40,169 bases of DNA from an uncultured Actinomycetes bacterium (GTDB lineage: Bacteria > Actinomycetota > Coriobacteriia > Coriobacteriales > RUG033): positions 1 through 40,169 of the forward strand of contig OMWF01000257.1 in NCBI GenBank assembly GCA_900314665.1. Reading direction: 5' to 3'. The position numbers were made by a program, and so were the translations under genes. Shown in pieces: positions 11,008 through 19,867 of this stretch; position 1 is the stretch's first letter; each line of letters starts with the position of its first letter. Under the pieces are notes generated by a model that made no database searches, was not told where the DNA came from, and saw nothing but the letters and a program-made list of their open reading frames with translations.

Positions 11008-11265
11008 ATGCCCGCCTGCTGGGAACAGCGTGGGTGCGATGAGGCGATGTCCGCTCAGTGTCCGCACGCCACCCAGGCGCAGTGGTCGCCGTGCCTGCTC
11101 GATTGCATGTACACCATATGCGACCGGCCCCAGCATGTGGAGACGACAGACCTCGACCTGCTTCTCGATCCCACGATCGATCGCCAGAAGGCCGTGAAGA
11201 TGGTCTGCTGCACCTGCGAGAACTTCCTGAAGAACGGACCTCGCTTGAACGTCTCCTCCGTGTAG
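11008..11265 (+). CDS. Small cysteine-rich hypothetical protein (85 aa, 9 Cys)
   Basis: RBS GAAGGGGTG, host-like codon usage, followed by a strong hairpin. Pattern CW..RGC...CPH...PC...C....C..P.H...CC.C..FL..GP. Confidence 0.8.
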   Translation: MPACWEQRGCDEAMSAQCPHATQAQWSPCLLDCMYTICDRPQHVETTDLDLLLDPTIDRQKAVKMVCCTCENFLKNGPRLNVSSV

Positions 11266-11267
11266 CC

Positions 11268-11308
11268 AGCTCGCCCGCCCCACGCGCCGGGGCGGGCGAG
11301 CTTATTGT
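11268..11308 (+). terminator. Intrinsic terminator-like hairpin
   Basis: AGCTCGCCCGCCCC (11268-11281) pairs with GGGGCGGGCGAGCT (11289-11302) as a perfect 14-bp stem, followed by TATTGT. Confidence 0.75.
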
Positions 11309-11383
11309 CCGGCAGGGGTCGACGCCGCCGAGGGAGAACCGCTGACGACGGACGCCATCGGCCAGTGAGGGGCTTTTCGACCA

Positions 11384-12238
11384 GTGCTCAACCACATCTA
11401 CCATGCCTTGAATCCCATCGCCTTCTCCATCGGGCCCATTGACGTGAGGTGGTACGGCCTCGCCTACGTGGCTGCCTTCATCCTTGCCTACCTGCTTATA
11501 TGCCACATTTCCAAGCGCTGGGAGCTGGGGCTTGACTCCGATGACGCGCTCACGCTGGTGGTCGTGGTAGCCATCTGCCTTCTGGTCTGCGCCCGCCTGG
11601 GCTACTGCCTCTTCTACGGCGACGGCTACTACCTGCAGCATCCCCTCAAGATACTGGCGGTCAACGAGGGCGGCATGTCGTTTCACGGGGGCCTTGTCGG
11701 GTGCATCCTGGGCGGCGCCATCAGCTCCCGCCTGCTGCACGTGCCCTTCCTGACCCTGGCCGACTTGGGATCGATCGTGGCTCCGGTGGGGCTCTTCTTC
11801 GGACGTTGCGCAAACTTCGTCAACGGCGAGCTCTGGGGCAAGGTCACCACCCTCCCATGGGGAGTCGTCTTCGAGAGCGGCGGCCCGCTTCCGCGCCATC
11901 CCTCCCAGCTCTACGAGGCGCTTCTGGAAGGCGTCGTCATCTTTCTGGTCCTCTACCTCATGGCGCGGCGTCAGCCGCCCCGCTCCCGGGGCACGTTCCT
12001 CGGAACCTTTCTGGTCCTGTACGGCACCTTCCGGTTCCTCATCGAGTTCGTTCGCGTTCCGGACGTCCAGCTGGGCTACCTCATCAACGGCGTGATTACC
12101 ATGGGCCAGCTGCTCTCGCTGCCCATGGTGGTGGCCGGCGCGGTGCTGCTGGCGTGGGTCCGCGTCAGACGCCTGCCGCAGGGAAGGCGGGCGCGTCGCG
12201 CGACGCCAGGTGTCGGCGGTTCAAACGGGGAGAAGTAG
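11384..12238 (+). CDS. lgt: Prolipoprotein diacylglyceryl transferase
   Basis: VRWYGLAY, ARLGY, GGMSFHGG, GRCANFVNGELWG, RHPSQLYE and RFLIEFVR motifs. Confidence 0.97.
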   Translation: MLNHIYHALNPIAFSIGPIDVRWYGLAYVAAFILAYLLICHISKRWELGLDSDDALTLVVVVAICLLVCARLGYCLFYGDGYYLQHPLKILAVNEGGMSFHGGLVGCILGGAISSRLLHVPFLTLADLGSIVAPVGLFFGRCANFVNGELWGKVTTLPWGVVFESGGPLPRHPSQLYEALLEGVVIFLVLYLMARRQPPRSRGTFLGTFLVLYGTFRFLIEFVRVPDVQLGYLINGVITMGQLLSLPMVVAGAVLLAWVRVRRLPQGRRARRATPGVGGSNGEK

Positions 12239-12441
12239 GGCGCTTCGCGCCCCGGTTACGTCCGTGCGAGCGCTTGGGCGTTGAGCTGGCCGGCCGTTTG
12301 CCGTACCATAATCCGGTATCTCAAGCGGCATCCGGAATCACTCTGGTCGTTCACGGCAGCCTGCGCAGGCGGTATTTCCGCCTTCGCTCCTGCTCATCCT
12401 CCTTGGCTCCGATGCACACCTTAACGAGGAAGGTAGCACGT

Positions 12442-13206
12442 ATGTCCGGACACTCTAAGTGGGCCACCACTAAGCATCGCAAGGCGGCTCAGGACTCCAA
12501 GCGCTCCGCGCTGTTCTCCAAGCTCTCCCGCATCATCACCGTGGCAGCCAAGGAGGGCGGGGACCCCAACCCCGAGAACAACTCCTCCCTGGCGGCAGCC
12601 ATCGATAAGGCCAAGGGCTACTCGCTTCCCAAGGACAAGATCGAGTCGGCTATCAACAAGGCCTTTGGCGGCGGCGCTGACGGCGCGGTCTACGAGAACG
12701 TCGTCTACGAGGGCTACGGACCCGCCGGCATCGCCGTCTACCTCGAGTGCCTGACCGATAACCGCAACCGCACCGCCGCCGATGTCCGCTCCGCCTTCAC
12801 GCACGCGGGCGGCAACCTGGGCACCACCGGTTCGGTCGCCTTCCAGTTTGAGCGCAAGGGCCGCATCTTCGTCGCCAAGGAGGATAACGCCGAGGACGAG
12901 GACGAGTTCATGATGGCCGTGGCCGAGGCCGGCGGCGACGACTACGAGGATGACGACGAGCAGTGGATTGTCTACACCGATCCTAAGGAGCTGGCCACGG
13001 TCCGCAAGGGCATCGAGGACCAGGGCATCGCCGTCAAGGGTGCCGAGCTGACCATGGTCCCCACCAACACCACCGAGGTCTCGGTGGCCGACGCCAAGAA
13101 GGTCATGCGCCTGGTGGACCGCCTGGAGGAGCTGGACGACGTCCAGAACGTGTATCACACCATGGAGATGACCGACGAGATTGCAGCCGCCCTCGACGAG
13201 GACTAA
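12442..13206 (+). CDS. yebC: YebC/PmpR family protein
   Basis: MSGHSKWATTKHRK N-terminus, YEGYGPAG, LTDNRNRT and LEELDDVQNVY motifs. ATG at 12442 after GAGGAAGG. Confidence 0.96.
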   Translation: MSGHSKWATTKHRKAAQDSKRSALFSKLSRIITVAAKEGGDPNPENNSSLAAAIDKAKGYSLPKDKIESAINKAFGGGADGAVYENVVYEGYGPAGIAVYLECLTDNRNRTAADVRSAFTHAGGNLGTTGSVAFQFERKGRIFVAKEDNAEDEDEFMMAVAEAGGDDYEDDDEQWIVYTDPKELATVRKGIEDQGIAVKGAELTMVPTNTTEVSVADAKKVMRLVDRLEELDDVQNVYHTMEMTDEIAAALDED

Positions 13207-13230
13207 CGGCACGCTGATAGAGCTTGGCCG

Positions 13231-13275
13231 ACGGGCCCGCATGCTGCAGACCGGCATGCGGGCCCGTTCTCTTCT
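13231..13275 (+). terminator. Intrinsic terminator after yebC
   Basis: ACGGGCCCGCATGC (13231-13244) pairs with GCATGCGGGCCCGT (13254-13267) as a 14-bp stem, followed by the pyrimidine run TCTCTTCT. Confidence 0.75.
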
Positions 13276-13306
13276 CGCCGATTCAGGCCTTGCGGTCGCA
13301 TACATG

Positions 13307-13333
13307 TGCTACACTAATAAGAACAAATGTTCG
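13307..13333 (+). promoter_or_regulatory. Extended -10 promoter (TGcTACACT) plus LexA SOS box of the ruvCAB operon
   Basis: AGAACAAATGTTCG at 13320-13333 matches the Gram-positive/actinobacterial LexA box GAAC-N4-GTTC. It overlaps the expected transcription start just downstream of TACACT (13310-13315). Confidence 0.85.
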
Positions 13334-13368
13334 CTATTTGTCGAGCAGGGCATGATTGGGGAGGCGGC

Positions 13369-13941
13369 GTGGCAGCGGATGGACGGCAGCATAAGGGCAT
13401 CGTTATCCTCGGGATAGACCCTGGGCTGGCTAACACCGGCTGGGGCGTCATCGCCAAGTGCGGCTCCTCGCTCAAGTGCCTGGCGTATGGCTGCATCACC
13501 ACCGAAGCCCATGTCGATCTGGCGCAGCGTCTAATGAGGATTCACGACCAGATGGCGGCGGTGGTGCACCGCTATCATCCGAGCGAGGTGGGCATCGAGT
13601 CGGTCTACTTCGGGTCCAACACCCAGAGCGCATTTGCCACCGGCCAGGCCAGGGGGGCCGCCCTGGTCGCCACCGCGGAGGCCTCGCTGGCCACGGGCGA
13701 GTACACGCCCATGCAGATCAAACAGGCGGTGGTGGGCACCGGCGCGGCCGACAAGAAGCAGGTCGAGTTCATGGTGAAGGCCCTGCTGGGCATGACCCGG
13801 GACATCAAGCCCGACCACTGCTCCGATGCCCTGGCCGCCGCCATCTGCCATGCCAACATGCGGATGGGGCGCACCCTGGAGGAGCGCACCCGCCTGCTCT
13901 ATCAGATGGGCCACTCCAATCGCAAGGGGGTCCTCAAGTGA
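13369..13941 (+). CDS. ruvC: Holliday junction resolvase RuvC
   Basis: ILGIDPG, IESVYF, GQARG, EYTPMQIKQAVVGTGAADKKQV and DALAAAICH motifs. GTG at 13369 after GGGGAGG; the ORF-track ATG at 13327 lies inside the SOS box. Confidence 0.96.
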   Translation: MAADGRQHKGIVILGIDPGLANTGWGVIAKCGSSLKCLAYGCITTEAHVDLAQRLMRIHDQMAAVVHRYHPSEVGIESVYFGSNTQSAFATGQARGAALVATAEASLATGEYTPMQIKQAVVGTGAADKKQVEFMVKALLGMTRDIKPDHCSDALAAAICHANMRMGRTLEERTRLLYQMGHSNRKGVLK

Positions 13942-14537
13942 TTGATTACCTATCCGGCGAGGTCGCCGCCGTCGCCGCCGACCACGCGGTCATCGATGTG
14001 GGCGGCATCGGCTACCTGGCCAGCATGTCGACCAAGTCGCTGGCGGCTCTGCCGGCGGCGGGCCAGTACGCCCGGGTCTACACCGTGCTGCAGGTGAGCG
14101 ATTCCGGCGTGGCGCTTTACGGCTTTGCCGACCTTGCCGAGCGCACCGCCTTCAACAAGCTGGTGGGCGTCAAGGGCATAGGCCCCAAGGCGGCCCTCTC
14201 GGTGCTCTCCGTGCTCAATCCGGCAGGCTTGGCCGCCGCCATCTCGGCCGAGGACGACCAGGCCATCTCCGCCGCCCCCGGCATCGGCAAGAAGTCGGCT
14301 CAGCGCATCATCCTCGAGCTCAAAGGCACCCTCGACGAGGGACCCAACCTCTTTACCGAGCCGGGAGCAGGCTCTTCGGGAGGGGCGTCGGCGCTGGACG
14401 ACGCCCTGGCCGCCCTGCTCGGCATGGGGTTCAGCGAGGCCGAGTCCAAATTGGCGCTGCAGGGCTTTGACGGCGCTCCCACCGACGACGCCGGGGCCAT
14501 CCGCTACGCGCTCAAGAGGCTGGGGGCGGCCAAGTGA
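13938..14537 (+). CDS. ruvA: Holliday junction branch migration protein RuvA
   Basis: (M)[17 protein letters not shown], two HhH motifs ([26 protein letters not shown]) and ALLGMGF. GTGA overlap with the ruvC stop. Confidence 0.96.
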   Translation: MIDYLSGEVAAVAADHAVIDVGGIGYLASMSTKSLAALPAAGQYARVYTVLQVSDSGVALYGFADLAERTAFNKLVGVKGIGPKAALSVLSVLNPAGLAAAISAEDDQAISAAPGIGKKSAQRIILELKGTLDEGPNLFTEPGAGSSGGASALDDALAALLGMGFSEAESKLALQGFDGAPTDDAGAIRYALKRLGAAK

Positions 14538-15601
14538 TCTGGGAAGCAGAAGACGCCACCTCCTACGGCAGGGGCGATGAGGGCGGCGCGGATCGGGAGC
14601 GCCTGGTGGGCGCCCAGCTCACGGCCGACGACCTGGAGGCCGACCATTCTCTGCGCCCCAAGATGCTCGACGACTATCTGGGCCAGACGCGCGTCAAGGA
14701 AAACCTGCGGGTGCTCATCGAAGCCGCAAAAAAACGCGCCGACCCGCTCGACCACGTGCTCTTCTCAGGCCCTCCGGGGTTGGGAAAGACCACCTTGGCC
14801 GGCGTGGTGGCCAACGAGATGGGAGTCGACATCAAGACCACCAGCGGCCCGGCCATCGAGCGCACCGGCGATCTGGCCGCCATTCTCACCAACCTGCAGG
14901 AGGGCGACGTCCTCTTCATCGATGAGATCCACCGCCTCAACCGCGCGGTGGAGGAGGTGCTCTACCCCTCGATGGAGGACTTTGCGCTCGACATCGTCAT
15001 CGGCAAGGGGCCGGCGGCCCGCTCGGTCAGGCTTGACATCCCGCATTTCACGCTCATCGGCGCCACCACCCGCACCGGGCTGCTCACGGGCCCGCTGCGC
15101 GACCGCTTTGGCATTGCCTTCAGGTTGGACTACTACTCCACCGAGGAGCTGCGGGACATCGTCATACGCTCCGCCACCATCCTGGACGTCATCATCGACG
15201 AGGCGGGTGCCGTGGAGATAGCGCGTCGCAGCCGCGGCACGCCTCGTCTGGCAAACCGTCTGCTCAAACGTGTGCGCGACTTTGCCGAGGTGCGGGCTGG
15301 GGGCGTCATAACCCAGCAGGTGGCGCGTGAGGCGCTCTCCTTCTTTGAGGTGGACGAGCTCGGTTTGGACGCGCTCGACAACAAGATCCTGTCGCTTCTG
15401 GCGCAGACCTTTGGCGGCAAGCCGGTGGGCCTTACCACGCTGGCGAGCGCGCTGGGCGAGGACCCTGGCGCCTTGGAGGACGTGTACGAGCCCTTCCTGC
15501 TGCAGGAGGGGCTTATCATCCGAACTCCGCGCGGACGGCAGGCCACCCGCCGCACCTTCGAGCACCTGGGGCTTCCGCAGCCCGAGGGCTTCGAGGGCTG
15601 A
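14534..15601 (+). CDS. ruvB: Holliday junction branch migration helicase RuvB
   Basis: [38 protein letters not shown] and RTPRGR motifs. Confidence 0.98.
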   Translation: MIWEAEDATSYGRGDEGGADRERLVGAQLTADDLEADHSLRPKMLDDYLGQTRVKENLRVLIEAAKKRADPLDHVLFSGPPGLGKTTLAGVVANEMGVDIKTTSGPAIERTGDLAAILTNLQEGDVLFIDEIHRLNRAVEEVLYPSMEDFALDIVIGKGPAARSVRLDIPHFTLIGATTRTGLLTGPLRDRFGIAFRLDYYSTEELRDIVIRSATILDVIIDEAGAVEIARRSRGTPRLANRLLKRVRDFAEVRAGGVITQQVAREALSFFEVDELGLDALDNKILSLLAQTFGGKPVGLTTLASALGEDPGALEDVYEPFLLQEGLIIRTPRGRQATRRTFEHLGLPQPEGFEG

Positions 15602-15697
15602 GGCAACGGCAGACGCCGCGACGTCGCCTTGCATGTGGCGCCGCGGCTATCATCGTCTGGGCACCGTGAACATCCGTTACTCATACAAGGGGGAGAC

Positions 15698-16159
15698 ATG
15701 CTCCAGCGCGACTTCATCATGCGGCAGATACAGCAGGGCATCCAGGCCATCATCGATGCCATCCACCATCGTCGCGCAGATGATCCGGATCTGGCCTGCG
15801 AGAGCATCGAGGCCATGCTCGGCTCCGTCTCGGAGATGGACCCCGCGGTGCTCCTCGCCCTCTCGCCCGAGTCCATCGGCACCATCCTCGACCTGGGAGG
15901 GGCGATGAGCGATTCGACGGCCGAGGTGGTGGTGCGGGGGCTGGTGCTCGAGTCGGACATCCTGCGCACCGAGAAGAACGACCCCGCGCTCGCGCAGCTG
16001 CGCTTTGAGCAGGCCCGCGGCATCGCACTGACCTTCCATCTCGAGTTCGATGAGATCTGCGACGTGGTTGACGAGGCGGGGGCCCGTCAGATCCTGGAGG
16101 ATGCGCGGGCCGAAGCCGAGGGCGTGCGGTATGAAGCCGGTCAGGGGGCAGGGGCGTAG
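15698..16159 (+). CDS. Hypothetical helical protein (N-terminus resembles DUF6483-type 'D[FY]IMRQI' proteins)
   Basis: ATG at 15698 after AAGGGGGAG; coding-like codon bias. Family resemblance is from memory only. Confidence 0.7.
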   Translation: MLQRDFIMRQIQQGIQAIIDAIHHRRADDPDLACESIEAMLGSVSEMDPAVLLALSPESIGTILDLGGAMSDSTAEVVVRGLVLESDILRTEKNDPALAQLRFEQARGIALTFHLEFDEICDVVDEAGARQILEDARAEAEGVRYEAGQGAGA

Positions 16160-16374
16160 GCTCCGCTGGGTGCGGCTGCGCACCGCAGGGCGTGCTACCG
16201 GCGCCGTTGAGGAAGGCGCAGAACTTTAACCGAGTTCTCATGCACAAGCAGGGCAGGTACGAGTAGAATGCCTGATGGCGGTCAAGCGACCGCTTTGTCC
16301 GCGACACGCGAGCCTTGGCTGGCATACGTGCCGTTTGCAGGTTATGCCCTACGGGGCAGAAAGAAAGGCAAGAC

Positions 16375-16581
16375 ATGGCTGAAGGTACTGTTAAGTGGTT
16401 CAATCCTGACAAGGGCTACGGGTTCATCTCCCGCGCTGATGGCGAGGGCGATCTCTTCGTCCACTACAGCGAGATTCAGATGGACGGCTTCAAGACCCTC
16501 GACGAGGGCCAGGCTGTCGTGTTCGACATCACCCCTGGTCAGAACGGCAAGCTGCAGGCGAGCAACGTTCGCAAGGCGTAA
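16375..16581 (+). CDS. cspA: Cold-shock protein
   Basis: [15 protein letters not shown] (RNP1), DLFVHYSEI (RNP2) and GFKTLDEGQ motifs. ATG at 16375 after GAAAGG. Confidence 0.97.
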   Translation: MAEGTVKWFNPDKGYGFISRADGEGDLFVHYSEIQMDGFKTLDEGQAVVFDITPGQNGKLQASNVRKA

Positions 16582-16603
16582 GTCACATTTCATTTGACTC
16601 ATC

Positions 16604-16637
16604 GGAGGGGGCGGCCGCGTGCCGCCCCCTTCTTGTT
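16604..16637 (+). terminator. Intrinsic terminator after cspA
   Basis: AGGGGGCGGC / GCCGCCCCCT stem followed by TCTTGTT. Confidence 0.75.
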
Positions 16638-16806
16638 GCCGAGGGGTCGGAGTCCTTTGGGCCGGTGGTTTGGGGCGCACCGGGCTGCCCAAGCGCAGGC
16701 GAGGGCGCACCGGGCATCACCTCTGACGGCTTGCGCGTGCGTTGGGGCGAATGGTTTTGCTATGGTCTAGGACCGACGAGAGGGCACTCATCGGAAGGGG
16801 GCAACG

Positions 16807-17556
16807 ATGGCGCGGGACAGGGGACGACTGCTGCTGCACGCTTGCTGCGGTCCGTGCACGATCGAGCCGCTCAAGCTGCTCATCGGCGAAGGATGGCGGC
16901 CCGCCATCTTCTACTACAACCCCAATATCCATCCCCAGGCCGAGTATCGGCATCGGTTGCAGGTCATCGGCGATTACGCCCGAGCGCAGGGCGTAACGCT
17001 CATCGAAGGCCCCTATGATCCCGAGCGATGGCGGGCGCAGGCGGGCTGCTTTGGCGATAGACGACCCGAGCGCTGCCGCGCCTGCTACCGAATGCGCCTT
17101 GAGGAGAGTGCCCGCTTTGCCAAGGAGCATGGCTTCTCGGCCCTCTCCACTACCTTGACGGTGAGTCCTTATCAGTATGTGGGGGCCATCGGCGAGGAGC
17201 TCGAGCGGGCCTGCGGCGACGGGTTGGAGCCGATCTTCAGGGATTTCAGGCCGTATTACCCGGAGGCCACCCGCATCTCCCGGGAGCTTGGCATGTACCG
17301 GCAGAATTACTGCGGCTGCTCGTTCTCCGATGCGGAAGCGGCCGCCGAACGCAAGCAGAGGCGCGAGCAGCGCCGCGTCCAAGCCGAGAAGCGGGCGCAC
17401 GAGCGGGAGGAGCGCGAGGCCGAGCTGGCTCCGCAACGCGAGGCGGCGCGCAAGAAGCGCGAGGAGTACGACCGGCTGCAACGAAGAAAGCGCGAGGTGC
17501 GCGATGCGTTGCGGGCGCAACGCAGGGCGCAGCAGACGTCCATGGACCAGGAGTGA
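16807..17556 (+). CDS. queH: Epoxyqueuosine reductase QueH with charged C-terminal extension
   Basis: LLLHACCGPC, YNPNIHP..EY, RCRACY.MRL, TTL.VSP and YRQNYCGC.FS motifs; adjacent to queA and tgt. Confidence 0.93.
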   Translation: MARDRGRLLLHACCGPCTIEPLKLLIGEGWRPAIFYYNPNIHPQAEYRHRLQVIGDYARAQGVTLIEGPYDPERWRAQAGCFGDRRPERCRACYRMRLEESARFAKEHGFSALSTTLTVSPYQYVGAIGEELERACGDGLEPIFRDFRPYYPEATRISRELGMYRQNYCGCSFSDAEAAAERKQRREQRRVQAEKRAHEREEREAELAPQREAARKKREEYDRLQRRKREVRDALRAQRRAQQTSMDQE

Positions 17557-17558
17557 GC

Positions 17559-18662
17559 ATGAGAACCGACGATTTTGACTACGAGCTTCCTCATGAGCTT
17601 ATCGCCCAGGAGCCGGCCGACCCTCGGGACTCGTGCCGCCTGATGGTGCTCGACAAGGCCACGGGGGCGGTTGAGCACCGCGTCTTCCGCGACATCATCG
17701 ACTACCTGGACCCGGGAGACCTGCTGGTGGCCAACGACACCAAGGTGGTTCCCGCCCGGCTGCTGGGCCATAAGGAGCGGACCGGGGGAGCGGCCGAGGT
17801 GCTGCTGCTCAAGCGCGTCGGCGCGGATACCTGGGAGGCTCTGGTAAAGCCTGGGCGCAGGCTGCAGCCGGGTGCGGTCGTCGAGTTCAAGCGGGCGGGG
17901 GGTGACGCGGGAGAGGTGCTGCTCACCGCCACCGTGCTGGAGCATGCCGAGGGCCGCGGCGAGCGCATCGTCCGCCTGGCCGTGCCCGGCTTGGAGGCGC
18001 AGGGAACCGCCGGTGCGGACGCCTCCCGGCTGGAGATGGCGCTCGACACGGCGATTCACGAGGTGGGACACATGCCGCTCCCTCCTTACATCACCCAGTA
18101 CACCGGCGATGATGATCAGTACCAGACCGTCTATGCCCGCCATGAGGGCAGCGCCGCCGCGCCCACTGCCGGGTTGCACTTCACCCCCGAGCTGCTGCAC
18201 CGCATCGAGGGCAAGGGCGTCCGCTTTGCCACGGTCGACCTGGAGGTGGGCGTCGACACCTTCCGTCTGGTCGATGAGGACGACCCGCTTCAGCACGAGA
18301 TGCACACCGAGCGCTACACGGTGAGCCAGGAGGTGGTCGACGCCGTTCATCGGACCCACGAGGAGGGGCATCGGGTCATCGCCGTGGGCACCACCTCGAC
18401 CCGCTCGCTGGAGAGCGCCTGGGACGACGAGCTTCAGGACCTGCGCCCCCGCCTGCGCGAAGCCACGTCGCTCTACATCCTGCCCGGATACCGCTTCCGG
18501 GCGATTGACGCGCTCATCACCAACTTTCACGTGCCCCGGTCCACGCTCATGATGCTCGTCTCAGCCCTGGCGGGGCGCGACCACATCATGGACGCGTACC
18601 GGCAAGCCATCGATGAGCGCTATCGCTTCTTCTCCTTTGGCGACGCAATGCTCATCAAGTAG
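17559..18662 (+). CDS. queA: S-adenosylmethionine:tRNA ribosyltransferase-isomerase
   Basis: FDYELP.ELIAQ, GHMPLPPYI, YQTVYA, AAPTAGLHF, AVGTTS.R and TNFH.P.STL...FSFGDAM motifs. Start is 17559 (ATG) or 17553 (GTG). Confidence 0.97.
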   Translation: MRTDDFDYELPHELIAQEPADPRDSCRLMVLDKATGAVEHRVFRDIIDYLDPGDLLVANDTKVVPARLLGHKERTGGAAEVLLLKRVGADTWEALVKPGRRLQPGAVVEFKRAGGDAGEVLLTATVLEHAEGRGERIVRLAVPGLEAQGTAGADASRLEMALDTAIHEVGHMPLPPYITQYTGDDDQYQTVYARHEGSAAAPTAGLHFTPELLHRIEGKGVRFATVDLEVGVDTFRLVDEDDPLQHEMHTERYTVSQEVVDAVHRTHEEGHRVIAVGTTSTRSLESAWDDELQDLRPRLREATSLYILPGYRFRAIDALITNFHVPRSTLMMLVSALAGRDHIMDAYRQAIDERYRFFSFGDAMLIK

Positions 18663-18727
18663 CGCCTCGTTTCCGCCCCGTTAGTCGCGCGGACCGCCGG
18701 CCCCGCACCTGCTCAGGAAGGAATTGC

Positions 18728-19867
18728 ATGCAAGAGCTCGGATACCAGCTGCTCGCCACAGATCCCCACACCGCTGCCCGCAGGGGGGTGCTGCACACCG
18801 CGCACGGGGACATCCAGACCCCGATGTTCATGCCGGTGGGCACCCAAGGGCAGGTCAAGGGCGTGCCATGGAATCAGGTCGAGTCCATTGGCGCGCAGAT
18901 CGTGCTGGGCAACACCTACCACCTGTACCTGCGTCCAGGCGCCGACGTGGTGGAGGCGGCCGGGGGCTTGCACCGCTTCACCGGCTGGAACCACCCCATC
19001 CTCACCGATTCGGGCGGGTTCCAGGTGATGTCGCTGCAAAGCACGCTCAAGCTCGACGAGGACGGGGTCAGCTTCAAGTCGATTCTCGACGGGTCCTCCC
19101 ATCGATGGACCCCTGAGGACAACATGCGCATCCAGGAGCAGCTGGGGGCCGATATCATCATGCAGCTCGACCAGTGCGCGCCCTATCCCGCCGAGCGCGA
19201 CTTCGTGGCCCACGCCATGGAGCGCTCCTCCAATTGGGCAAAGCGCTGCCTGGCGGCGCATCACCGTCCCGACCAGGCGCTCTTCGGTATCGTACAGGGA
19301 GGCATGCACCTCGACCTGCGGCTGGAAAGCGTGGGTCGTCTGCTAGACATGGAAACCGGCGCCGACCGGCCCTTTGACGGGTTCGGCATCGGAGGCTACT
19401 CGGTGGGCGAGCCCCACGACCTCATGTTTGAGACGCTCGGCCAGGTGGCGGGCGCCCTTCCGGCCAACCGACCGCGCTACCTGATGGGGGTGGGCAACCC
19501 CACCACCCTGGTCAAGGCCGTAGGCGCGGGGGTCGACCTCTTTGACTGCGTGCTTCCCACCCGTACCGCCCGCATGAAGACGGCCTTCTCCTCTCAAGGG
19601 CGTCTGAACCTTAAGAACGCGCGCTTCACCCGCGACTTCGGCCCCATCGACGACGCCTGCGGCTGCCCGGTGTGCGCCCGGTATTCGCGCGCCTACATCC
19701 ACCACCTGTACGTGGTCAAGGAGATGGGCGCCGGCATCCTGACCTCGATACACAACCTCTACTTCCTCATCGACCTTATGAAGCGGGCGCAACGGGCGGT
19801 AGAAGCGGGGGAGTACCAGGCGTTCATGGAGGAGTGGATGAACTCGCCGGCGGCCAACGATTACTGA
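18728..19867 (+). CDS. tgt: tRNA-guanine transglycosylase
   Basis: TPMFMPVGT, NTYHL, TDSGGFQ, LDQC, GIVQGG, GGYSVGE, PRYLMGVG and FDCVLPTR motifs; Zn site CGCPVC...H. Confidence 0.97.
   Translation: MQELGYQLLATDPHTAARRGVLHTAHGDIQTPMFMPVGTQGQVKGVPWNQVESIGAQIVLGNTYHLYLRPGADVVEAAGGLHRFTGWNHPILTDSGGFQVMSLQSTLKLDEDGVSFKSILDGSSHRWTPEDNMRIQEQLGADIIMQLDQCAPYPAERDFVAHAMERSSNWAKRCLAAHHRPDQALFGIVQGGMHLDLRLESVGRLLDMETGADRPFDGFGIGGYSVGEPHDLMFETLGQVAGALPANRPRYLMGVGNPTTLVKAVGAGVDLFDCVLPTRTARMKTAFSSQGRLNLKNARFTRDFGPIDDACGCPVCARYSRAYIHHLYVVKEMGAGILTSIHNLYFLIDLMKRAQRAVEAGEYQAFMEEWMNSPAANDY

Noticed and set aside
11701-12441. Apparent 501-aa extended YebC and 359-aa extended RuvA (13458 start) in the ORF track
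   Set aside because: The extensions overlap lgt and ruvC in another frame. True starts with RBS and family-typical N-termini are at 12442 and 13938.
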